This document shows positions 48,748 to 56,954 of a stretch of DNA of 64,000 nt, piece by piece. The DNA is taken from positions 352,001 to 416,000 of the forward strand of contig JAZDKJ010000006.1 of the NCBI GenBank assembly GCA_043803105.1, in the 5' to 3' direction. The translations under genes were made by a program, and so were the position numbers. Under the pieces are notes generated by a model. It was not told the DNA's origin and made no database searches. It saw nothing but the letters and a program-made list of their open reading frames with translations. Position 1 is the stretch's first letter. Each line of letters begins with the position of its first letter. Origin of the DNA: Candidatus Woesearchaeota archaeon (GTDB lineage Archaea > Nanobdellota > Nanobdellia > Woesearchaeales > JAZDKJ01).

Positions 48748-49095
48748 ATGGGTATCGATAATATTGCAAACGAGATTATGAAATCACACTTTACAGTTAT
48801 TGACCTTGGCAAGGAAACTGATATCTCAAAACTCTGGGAAACACTTCTTATCATAGCTGCTTCTAAAAAACCTGTTTATATCCTCAAAGAAGCAGGCTTT
48901 GAAGGAGCAATTCCAGGCGGCTTGCTTATCAAGCGCATGATTACCTATGAGGGTCCCGAAGACTCGGCATCACATAAAGAAGCTAGCAGGCAGCTCGAGT
49001 CATGGGCAAGGATAGAGACCAATGCAGAACCTATCAGGGAATTGTTTGACCATTTCCCTGCATGCCTGTTGCACAAAAAGCTTATATACCATTAG
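48748..49095 (+). CDS. Hypothetical protein
   Basis: 115-aa ORF with upstream TTTATAA. Confidence 0.5.
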   Translation: MGIDNIANEIMKSHFTVIDLGKETDISKLWETLLIIAASKKPVYILKEAGFEGAIPGGLLIKRMITYEGPEDSASHKEASRQLESWARIETNAEPIRELFDHFPACLLHKKLIYH

Positions 49096-49110
49096 GCTTT
49101 TTGTTCTGCC

Positions 49111-49422
49111 ATGGCGATTTCTTACAAGCAAAGATGCATGCGGTGCAAAAAGAATATGGTCATGGTGACTTCAAGGACTTTTTTCCCAGTCTGTTACGAT
49201 TGTGAAAAGAATGATTTGCATGGTCTGGTCAAGAACCCTAAGATGAAAAAGCTCTTTAATATTCCAGAATCCTTCTATGTAGAGAATACTTTCCTGCGCT
49301 CAATAAAGATCAATTACCTGAAGTTTGGCAGCCTCTCAGAAAAGCAGATTGCAAGCTTCAAGAAGACTGTGGAAGAGTTAAAGAAAAAACCCGTAAGCCT
49401 CATACCCCCCAGACAGGGTTAG
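49111..49422 (+). CDS. Conserved zinc-finger protein
   Basis: CMRC...CYDC; FLRSIK.NY...G.LSEKQ. Confidence 0.65.
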   Translation: MAISYKQRCMRCKKNMVMVTSRTFFPVCYDCEKNDLHGLVKNPKMKKLFNIPESFYVENTFLRSIKINYLKFGSLSEKQIASFKKTVEELKKKPVSLIPPRQG

Positions 49423-51163
49423 ATTTTCTCATTATTATGGCTATCTCTTTCAAGACCTCAGTCTCTTCACGGCCAAGAAGCTTCCTGTACTCCTTTAGTT
49501 TTCGGAAATCATCCTCAGGCACCGAGCTGTAAAGTGTGTCTCCTTCTTTTATCTGTCTTCCAACAGTGAGGTGCTCAAGGCTCACCGCAACCTGCTTTCC
49601 CCGCTCAGCTTTCTCAAGGTTTTCCTGCTCTGCTTGTATGCTTTTTATCCTGCTAATCTCCTTGCCTTGCGCGTTCATTACAGGCATTCCTGTTCTTATT
49701 GTCCCTGCCTCCACCTCTACTCCTACTACTGCAGGATTGTTTTGCCTGAAAACATAGCCTTTCATGAGTTTGAATTTTGCCGGCCTGACCACCTTGTCCA
49801 GTTCTCCCAGCTCTTGTTTCTTTGACATCTCCTGTTTCCATGCCTCAAGGTCTTCCAGCAGTTTATAGATTATGTCGTGGACTATCACCTTCACATGGTC
49901 CAGGCACAACCCTGATTCGTCCTTGACATTGAACCCGAGCACCACTGCCATCAGCGGATCTTTTTCATAGTTGCTTTCCGCTTCCATAAGGTCTTTTCTC
50001 GTTATCGGCCCAACCCCTGCCTTTCTTATCTCGACTCCGCCGTCCTTCAGGAGCTTGACCATAGCCTCCATGCTGCCAAGCGTGTCTGCCTTTACTATTA
50101 TTCCTTCCTTGTTTGTTTCAATTAGTGCCTCGCTTATCTCGCGCATTATTTCTCTGCTGGTTTTCTCCAGGTTCTGCTGGCTTGTTGCCCTGATTGGCAT
50201 TCCTGCTATCGCTGTCTCAATGTCCGGTGCAGCAATCTTTACCCCTGTCGCTGCAACTGCTTTTCTGACCTTTGTGTATTTTGCCTTTTTGTCTCGCATC
50301 TCTTCAAGTGGCAATGGTTCAAGAAGAGCCTTAACTTTTGTTATGATGGGTTTCTCTATGCCCCCAATTACTATGATATCATTTACCTTGAGGATCCCAT
50401 CGTATATGATCACATCGATTGTTGTACCAAAACCACGTTCCTCCTTCACCTCGAGGATTGTTCCCTTGGCTGGTCCGCTTGCATCAATTTTTAGGTTGGT
50501 TTCAAGGTATCTTTGAGCTAGGCCTGTTAGCATTACGAGGAGTTCTGGTATGCCCTCTCCTGTTTTTGCAGATACTGGGACGATGATTATTTGTTTTGTA
50601 AAGTCCTCTACTCTGTCATATCTTTCAGAATTAAGGCCGAGCTTGCTTAATTCTCCCAGTATCTGATAGACTCTCTTGTCAAGCTGCTCTTGCACTGAAC
50701 TGCTCTGCTTGCTTATGTTCTCCAGCAAATGCTCTGCCTTATGCTGCCAGCCTGCAATTAAGTCTATCTTGTTCGCAGCGACAATAAATGGTGTCTTGCT
50801 ATGCTTGAGTATCTCTATTGCCTCGACTGTCTGTGGCTTGAATCCCTCGTTGACATCGATAACCACAATTGCGATGTCAGCTAGGCTGCCTCCTCTCTTT
50901 CTTAGGCTTGTGAATGCAGCATGCCCTGGAGTGTCAATGAAAAGAAGGCCTGGTATCGTGAATTTTGTGTTGAGCGCTTCCAGCAATGGGCCGCATATCT
51001 TCTTTATGACTTCAAGCGGTATTATTGAAGCGCCTATTGCCTGTGTTATCCTTCCCGCTTCTGTCTCAACTATGGCAGTGCCCCTGATCTTGTCTAGCAG
51101 GCTTGATTTTCCATGGTCCACATGCCCAAGCACTGTGCATATTGGGCTTCTTATCTCTGGCAT
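49400..51163 (-). CDS. infB: Translation initiation factor aIF5B (IF-2)
   Basis: GHVDHGKS, DTPGH, NKID, KADTLGSMEA. Confidence 0.97.
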   Translation of the reverse strand: MPEIRSPICTVLGHVDHGKSSLLDKIRGTAIVETEAGRITQAIGASIIPLEVIKKICGPLLEALNTKFTIPGLLFIDTPGHAAFTSLRKRGGSLADIAIVVIDVNEGFKPQTVEAIEILKHSKTPFIVAANKIDLIAGWQHKAEHLLENISKQSSSVQEQLDKRVYQILGELSKLGLNSERYDRVEDFTKQIIIVPVSAKTGEGIPELLVMLTGLAQRYLETNLKIDASGPAKGTILEVKEERGFGTTIDVIIYDGILKVNDIIVIGGIEKPIITKVKALLEPLPLEEMRDKKAKYTKVRKAVAATGVKIAAPDIETAIAGMPIRATSQQNLEKTSREIMREISEALIETNKEGIIVKADTLGSMEAMVKLLKDGGVEIRKAGVGPITRKDLMEAESNYEKDPLMAVVLGFNVKDESGLCLDHVKVIVHDIIYKLLEDLEAWKQEMSKKQELGELDKVVRPAKFKLMKGYVFRQNNPAVVGVEVEAGTIRTGMPVMNAQGKEISRIKSIQAEQENLEKAERGKQVAVSLEHLTVGRQIKEGDTLYSSVPEDDFRKLKEYRKLLGREETEVLKEIAIIMRKSNPVWGV

Positions 51164-51309
51164 ATTCTCTGCATATTTTGGGCTGTATTTAAAGGTTTTC
51201 AGGATACAAGGAAAGTTAGGATTTCATGTCCTTTTGTAATTTCTTCAGAAGGCAATCCACACCTTGTAATATATTATCTTCTTGAGGTTTTCAATATCGA
51301 TAAATTTTG

Positions 51310-51463
51310 CGCCCGGTCAGGGATTTTCACTTGATGAGATTTGAACTGTCAGAAATTCACTGAATTTCTGAGCATGCTCGGAAACATAGTTTCCGACACC
51401 TGGAGACCTGTGATGGTCAATTGCTTTTCAGGCAACCGCGATACCCGATTACGCTAGCCCGGC
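51310..51463 (-). pseudogene. tRNA-like gene: Ser-type body (long variable arm, G73) with GAA anticodon, mismatched acceptor stem, 52-nt T-stem insertion and ~16-nt T-loop intron
   Basis: GCCGGGC-TAGCGTAATCGGGTATCGCG-GTTGC-CTGAAAA-GCAAT-TGACCATCACAGGTCTC-CAGG[52]GTTCAAA[16]TCCCTG-ACCGGGC-G. Confidence 0.7.
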
Positions 51464-51673
51464 CTCGCACATTTCTAAATTGACCTGAACCTTAATATGT
51501 TCAATTGAGAATTTTCCGTAAGTTCTGCGACAAAACCGAGCAAAATCTTATATACCAGAATGCTTACAAACTTTATGACCTGCGATTTAATTACCTGATT
51601 ACGCGAGCCCTTTTTATATAGTATTTTCTGTAGATTTGACCAATGGCTCAAGTAGCCTTGGCCAGAAATAAAA

Positions 51674-51875
51674 TGGGGCTGCTGGGATTTCCATGCTTCT
51701 AGGACGGTCTTTTGGCATCAGCCAAAAGCCTTTTCCCAGGTTTTTGCATATTGCAAAAAGCTGTTTGGACCCAGATTAGGAGGTTTTCCGCTGAAAACCT
51801 TAGGTCAAATGCCCCGAACCTCCAGTGATAGTTTCTCGAAGAGTTTCTCTCTTCTCCAAGTTACACTACAGCCCC
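51674..51875 (-). tRNA. tRNA-Pro(CGG) with three introns (~24, ~28, ~76 nt)
   Basis: GGGGCTGTAGTGTAACTTGG[..]CTATCACTGGAGGTTCGGG[..]ACCTCCTAATCTGGGTCCAAA[..]TCCCAGCAGCCCCA; T-loop reads TCC instead of TTC. Confidence 0.85.
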
Positions 51876-52076
51876 ATAGGTTGAACTGGAAAGCCACACT
51901 GTTGTATGACCTTCCTATAACTGCTAAACAGCAGGGTGTTAAAAAGGTTGCGATGGAACGTAACGATGTGATATATTAGAATTTTATGTGCCTCTTACCC
52001 TTCAGCAATGTGCAGATTCTGCTAATTAAATTTATATATAAAGAACTGTTTTATTGTTGCAATCGCTTGCATCACT

Positions 52077-53210
52077 ATGGATAACAGAGCAAAATTTGAA
52101 CTTATAACGAGAAATTTAGAAGAAGTACTAACACCTGCAGATTTAATGAAACTCATTGAAAATGATGAGCCTTTAAAGCATTATATTGGTTTTGAAATAA
52201 GTGGTAAGGTGCATCTTGGAACTGGACTTATGTGTATGTCCAAAATTAAAGACTTCATGGATGCAGGTGCGGATGTTTCTGTGTTTCTTGCTGACTGGCA
52301 TAGTTGGATTAATGATAAACTTGGTGGAGACAGAGAAGTTATCAAAAAAATTGCCGTCGGATATTTCAAAGAAGCGATGAAGGCTAGCCTTCTTTGTCTT
52401 GGTGGTAATCCTGAAAAAATAAGATTTGTACTTGGTACAGAACTTTATCACAATAATGACGATTATTGGGCAACCATGATTGATGTAAGTAAAAATACGA
52501 CTCTAGGCAGGATGACTCGGAGCATTACAATCCTTGGAAGAAAAGAAGGGGAGGGAGTTGATTTTGCAAAATTGATCTATCCTGCAATGCAGGTTTCAGA
52601 TATTTTTGTTCAGAAATTGAACATACCTCATGCAGGAATTGATCAAAGGAAAGCGCAAGTTATTGCAAGAGAAGTTGCTTTAAAAATGAAAGTAAGTCAA
52701 ATTACTGATAAAGAGGGTAATAAAATTAAACCCGTTGCCCTGCATCATCATCTGTTACTAGGTCTTGGCAAACCCCCGGTATGGCCTGTTCCTCAAGATA
52801 AATTACAGGATTTATGGTCATCAATGAAGATGAGCAAGTCCAAGCCGGACACTTGTGTTTTTGTTCACGATAGTCCTGATGAAATTAAAAGAAAGATTGC
52901 AAAGGCATTCTGCCCTGAAGGTGAAACTGTGTTCAATCCAGTACTTGATTGGGCTAAATATTTATTGTTCAGAGAGACGACTGATGAACTTATAGTAAAA
53001 AGGCCTGAAAAATTCGGTGGAACTGTTATATATACAACTTACGAAAAACTTGAAAAAGATTTTGCAGACAAAAAAGTTCATCCAATGGACCTTAAAGATT
53101 CAGTTGCTGAAAGTTTAATTAAACTACTTGAACCTGCAAGAATCCATTTTGAAAAACCTGAAATCAAAAAGACGTTGGATCAGCTTAACAAGCTCATAAC
53201 CACAAGGTGA
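52077..53210 (+). CDS. tyrS: Tyrosyl-tRNA synthetase
   Basis: YIGFEISGKVHLGT, LADWH, IYPAMQVSD, GIDQRK, KMSKS, HPMDLK. Confidence 0.95.
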   Translation: MDNRAKFELITRNLEEVLTPADLMKLIENDEPLKHYIGFEISGKVHLGTGLMCMSKIKDFMDAGADVSVFLADWHSWINDKLGGDREVIKKIAVGYFKEAMKASLLCLGGNPEKIRFVLGTELYHNNDDYWATMIDVSKNTTLGRMTRSITILGRKEGEGVDFAKLIYPAMQVSDIFVQKLNIPHAGIDQRKAQVIAREVALKMKVSQITDKEGNKIKPVALHHHLLLGLGKPPVWPVPQDKLQDLWSSMKMSKSKPDTCVFVHDSPDEIKRKIAKAFCPEGETVFNPVLDWAKYLLFRETTDELIVKRPEKFGGTVIYTTYEKLEKDFADKKVHPMDLKDSVAESLIKLLEPARIHFEKPEIKKTLDQLNKLITTR

Positions 53211-53296
53211 TTTTATTCCTTTTTGTATGTTTATTCTAGATAGTTAATATTAGAATACAAAATTTCAGGATTAGCCTAAAATGTTTTATGCTTCTT

Positions 53297-53317
53297 TTCG
53301 AATTCCGGTCGGACGCA
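53297..53317 (+). other. Isolated tRNA 3'-end-like fragment
   Basis: TTCGAATTCCGGTCGGACGCA resembles a T-loop plus acceptor 3' strand; no matching 5' part nearby. Confidence 0.4.
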
Positions 53318-53340
53318 TTCTGGTTTCATCCTCAAGCGTA

Positions 53341-53404
53341 AGTGATAGTTGCTTCAGGCAACCGAGCGAACTGGTTGGCGCTGGCCAAGTTACACTACAG
53401 CCCC
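53341..53404 (-). pseudogene. 5' fragment of tRNA-Pro with a different 36-nt D-loop intron
   Basis: GGGGCTGTAGTGTAACTTGG[36 nt]CTATCACT; both exon pieces identical to tRNA-Pro(CGG) at 51674-51875. Confidence 0.8.
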
Positions 53405-53551
53405 GTTGATTGTTATTGTTTCGCGAAGCTCACAAGAAACCTGATAGTTTCTTGGGAGTCCCAAAAAACTTCAAGTTTTTTGTGACGAAAGGCGACTGAA
53501 AGGAGTGTAAAGGTGCCAGCTGACTTCTCAGCTGAGTAGCACTACAGCCCC
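53405..53551 (-). repeat. Further tRNA-Pro 5'-end copy (12 nt) plus hairpin leader
   Basis: GGGGCTGTAGTG at 53540-53551, then CAGCTGAGAAGTCAGCTGGCACCTTTA and a four-way palindrome at 53430-53485. Confidence 0.75.
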
Positions 53552-53634
53552 AATTACTCAAACCAATTCGGTCGATTGCTTAAAAAATTTGTGCTTTGCC
53601 AAGCTTTTTAAGGGTTTTAGATACTCCGTCCTGC

Positions 53635-54141
53635 ATGGAGAGGGCACCACAGCAAAAACCTAGCCGTGAGTTGTTGATAGAAAAATTCCTCCAGGACAAC
53701 CAGTTTAATCTCGAAGATGTGATATCCAAGGACGAGATTTTCCAAAGCGCGAATGACCTTGCTTCAGCTATATACAAGAAGAGACCATCATACATAACCT
53801 TCAAGGATTATAATTTAGGTATAACAAGCAGGTTTCCACAGACACCAGAATTTGAGGTCATGATGCTTTACCAGGTCCACGAGACTGCTTTGAAGTTCAA
53901 GCAGCAAGGATACAACGAACTTAGCTGGAACCAGCTTAAATCAGCATACCTAAAAGTCCACTTACAATCAAGGCATGACGCTGCTGGACGCCATGCCAGG
54001 TACAACTCACATTTTCCAAAAGCCCCAAAAGAGTTTGTTAGAGGCAAACATCCTGTGCACAGCATGCTGCTTACCTTGGACAGCATGGCTGTAGATATAC
54101 TCCTCCATTATGCCACTTTGCGAATATACAAGAAAAGATAG
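53635..54141 (+). CDS. Hypothetical protein
   Basis: ORF from ATG 53635. Confidence 0.5.
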   Translation: MERAPQQKPSRELLIEKFLQDNQFNLEDVISKDEIFQSANDLASAIYKKRPSYITFKDYNLGITSRFPQTPEFEVMMLYQVHETALKFKQQGYNELSWNQLKSAYLKVHLQSRHDAAGRHARYNSHFPKAPKEFVRGKHPVHSMLLTLDSMAVDILLHYATLRIYKKR

Positions 54142-54195
54142 AAAATATTGGTCTGGCAGAAAATATTAAATAGTTGCGTTTCAGGTTCATTGTTT

Positions 54196-54750
54196 ATGGA
54201 CAAGCTGGAACAGGCAGGTTTCTTCCAGGCAGCGCTTATCAATCTATTGCTTGGAAACTTTATACTTGGCGGGCTTCTGGCGTCGATTTTCTTTCTTTTC
54301 TTTGAAGCTATTATTGTGCAATTTATTTGTATAGCATTAGTTGGCTTATACAGTGGTTGGCTGACAATCTCTGTGATGGCCGGCTTTGAAATGAACTCAA
54401 GCCAAAAAGTCCTTGCAGGAGCGCTTTGCCCTATTCCTGTTGTTTGCCTGTTATTTGTCGAGCAATTCATTTTCAGCAGGCTTGGAGCACAGCTTCAGAT
54501 GCTTGGAGCCCCTGTGCAGAGCACTGCTGCATCAATTTCGAATATTTTTGGCCATCCCTCTCTGCAGGTCACCATTATCTTCATTTCTGTCTACTATCTT
54601 GCATTCAATTTCTTTGCGATACGGGAGATTGACCGAGCAAAACAATTCAGTTCTTTAGGTTGGTACTCATTCGGCTTGATTTTGTTGACATTGATTGTTC
54701 TATTAGCAAGGTTCCTGGCTGCATCAGTCACCGGTGCCAAAGTGTCCTGA
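54196..54750 (+). CDS. Polytopic membrane protein
   Basis: About five hydrophobic segments; start uncertain. Confidence 0.55.
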   Translation: MDKLEQAGFFQAALINLLLGNFILGGLLASIFFLFFEAIIVQFICIALVGLYSGWLTISVMAGFEMNSSQKVLAGALCPIPVVCLLFVEQFIFSRLGAQLQMLGAPVQSTAASISNIFGHPSLQVTIIFISVYYLAFNFFAIREIDRAKQFSSLGWYSFGLILLTLIVLLARFLAASVTGAKVS

Positions 54751-54790
54751 TTTGGCAACTTTTATATATTGAAGTTTGTGATAATGTGTT

Positions 54791-55342
54791 GTGCCAAGAA
54801 AAAAGAGGGTTGTTCAGCATAATGTGCTTGAGTACCTATACATGATGATATTTATTGCCTCTGTTGCGCTGGTGGTATTTATCCTTTTTTCTGGAGGTCT
54901 TAGAGCAAAGTCAGAGGAGCTTCGCAGGCTTAAGGTGATTGATGATTTCAAGACCTCGCTTAACCTTGAGAGGCAGGCTTGCGGTTATAAGTGCGACACA
55001 GCCTGGTCTTCTGGCTGCGAAGAAGATTCTGTTGCCCAGTTCTGTTTAATTTCAGTAGAGCTCGATGTTGAGCACAATGGAAAGTTTGACTACAGTGAAA
55101 ATATTATCCCGGGAACAGGCGTTTGCGAAGACAAGGTCTTTTGCTCCCAGCTTGTCAGTTGCGATTGTGTCCAAGGGATGAGAGAATGCATTGATTTCCT
55201 GTGCCATTACTGGAAGGAGAGAGACATGGACGGTTCCAAGGCATTGAACATGAACCTTGTTCCTGGCTCATGCGATTACCTTAACGAGCCTTTGCATTGG
55301 TACAATCAATTGAGAACCTCTGAAGGCTTGGCCTGCAGTTAA
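54791..55342 (+). CDS. Cys-rich membrane-anchored, pilin-like-leader protein
   Basis: Basic N-terminus, LEY + TM, many Cys. Confidence 0.55.
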   Translation: MPRKKRVVQHNVLEYLYMMIFIASVALVVFILFSGGLRAKSEELRRLKVIDDFKTSLNLERQACGYKCDTAWSSGCEEDSVAQFCLISVELDVEHNGKFDYSENIIPGTGVCEDKVFCSQLVSCDCVQGMRECIDFLCHYWKERDMDGSKALNMNLVPGSCDYLNEPLHWYNQLRTSEGLACS

Positions 55343-55677
55343 CGCTTCTGTTCCCTTAAGAGCCGCACAGTGTCCCTTAGTGCTGCAGTAAGTTCGTCTT
55401 TTCCACTGGATTTATCGAACACAACTGACTCTCTCATCTCTCTGATGATATCATTTCTTGCTGCCCTGATGGCATTTACTGCTTCTCCCTGCTGCCCTGT
55501 CTGCTGGAGTATGTTCGTAACCTTCTCTTCAAAATCCTTCAGCGCCTTGAAGATGTAGCTGTGCTGGCTATGTATCAGCTGGTGAGTGCTATTTAGGTCA
55601 AGCTTGTCTATCTTGTGGTGCAATGCCTCTATGCTTCTAGAGAGGTTTGCGATTTGTTCCTCAACCGCTAATGGCAT
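55339..55677 (-). CDS. Coiled-coil hypothetical protein
   Basis: SD AGGAGG; heptad pattern. Confidence 0.55.
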   Translation of the reverse strand: MPLAVEEQIANLSRSIEALHHKIDKLDLNSTHQLIHSQHSYIFKALKDFEEKVTNILQQTGQQGEAVNAIRAARNDIIREMRESVVFDKSSGKDELTAALRDTVRLLREQKR

Positions 55678-55724
55678 GTGCGCTCCTCCTGTTTGCGCTT
55701 ATATAAACTTTTGTAATCACTTCT

Positions 55725-56252
55725 CTAAGGTATTCTTCTCAATTGCCTGACAAGGTAATTTTGCGAGTCATCAGGCAGCTTATGTCTTGCCTCTTCCTGC
55801 ACAATTGGCTTTGCCTCTTCTTTTTTGGCGAACGGATTCTCTGCCAAGGGCTTGAGGATAAGTTCTACAGTTGACATTTCCTCTTCGCTTAGCTGTTTCG
55901 TCTTCCACTCAAGGTTAAGGCCGTCGTTCTCCATCCTTGGTATTATCTGGATCGTGAAATGTGCGTACATTTGTCCAGCAGCAACTCCATTGTTGACAAG
56001 GATATTTGTGCCGTGCATGCCCAGGCTTTCGAACACTGAGGTTGATATCTTGTTTGCCATAACAAAGAGTTTTTCGAGCTCGTCGTCCGGCACCTGTTCG
56101 AGTATTGTATAATGCTTTTTCGGGAAGAGAAGTACCTGGCCTGGAGTGCTCGGTTTGTCATGGAGCACCGCCTTCATCATGTCATCTTCATAGACAGTGA
56201 ATTCTGCCCTGCCCAAGGCAAGGTTGCATATTGTACAATCTTCTTTGTTCAT
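55725..56252 (-). CDS. HIT-family protein, degenerate motif
   Basis: CTIC, PGQVLLFPKKH, GTNILVNNG..AGQ..HFTIQIIPR. Confidence 0.85.
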   Translation of the reverse strand: MNKEDCTICNLALGRAEFTVYEDDMMKAVLHDKPSTPGQVLLFPKKHYTILEQVPDDELEKLFVMANKISTSVFESLGMHGTNILVNNGVAAGQMYAHFTIQIIPRMENDGLNLEWKTKQLSEEEMSTVELILKPLAENPFAKKEEAKPIVQEEARHKLPDDSQNYLVRQLRRIP

Positions 56253-56878
56253 TTGAATAGTCTGCTTATTGAGTCAAGGTCTGTTTGCCCGGCATCTGTT
56301 TTAGCAGGTTTTTCTGCAGGTTTTTTCTCTTCTACATGGCTCGTTTCTCTTTTTGCAGGCAGTTCCTCAGTTACCATATCCTTCACTCCCAAGATTTCAT
56401 AGAGCCGCTTCTTTATCCTTTTCTGCACTTCATGCATGTCGTTTGCAGTCATCTGCTTTGCGGGAAGCTTGAACTCGATTCCATCGTCTGCCATTCTCGG
56501 TATGACATGCATCATGAAGTGCTGCGCCTTCTGGCCTGCCACTAATCCGTTGGCAATAAATACTGTGGTTCCTCCTGCCTTAAGGCCTTTCAAGATTGCG
56601 TTTGACAATCCCTTGGCTACTCTGGAGAGTTTTCCAGTAGTCTTGTCTGGGATCAAGGGCATTATTGCGTAATGCTCGTTTGGTAATAGCAAGATGTGTC
56701 CAGGATTTGCAGGATTGATGTCAAGGACTGCAGTGCAGTCATCGTCTGAGAAAAGCTTTCTTGATTGTACCTTGCTGGAAATTATTTGGCAGAAAATGCA
56801 TTGCTTTTTTTGGAACTCCTTGAGCTCTTCTGGAGACATGTTCTTGATTTTTTCCTCATACTCCTGCTGCGGGTCCAT
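56249..56878 (-). CDS. HIT-family protein, degenerate motif
   Basis: CIFCQI, LDINPANPGHILLLP.EH, NG..AGQ..HFMMHVIPR; start moved to ATG 56878. Confidence 0.85.
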   Translation of the reverse strand: MDPQQEYEEKIKNMSPEELKEFQKKQCIFCQIISSKVQSRKLFSDDDCTAVLDINPANPGHILLLPNEHYAIMPLIPDKTTGKLSRVAKGLSNAILKGLKAGGTTVFIANGLVAGQKAQHFMMHVIPRMADDGIEFKLPAKQMTANDMHEVQKRIKKRLYEILGVKDMVTEELPAKRETSHVEEKKPAEKPAKTDAGQTDLDSISRLFK

Positions 56879-56954
56879 TATTCTTTTGTCTTCCGAAGAA
56901 ACTATAAAAATGTTTCCAGAAAGAATTAAATAGGTGGATTCCGATTTTCGGGTT

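Noticed and set aside
53349-53364. Match between the tRNA-Pro fragment intron (CGGTTGCCTGAAGCAA) and the pseudo-tRNA anticodon arm (CGGTTGCCTGAAAAGCAA)
   Set aside because: Suggestive, but too short to separate from chance without further copies
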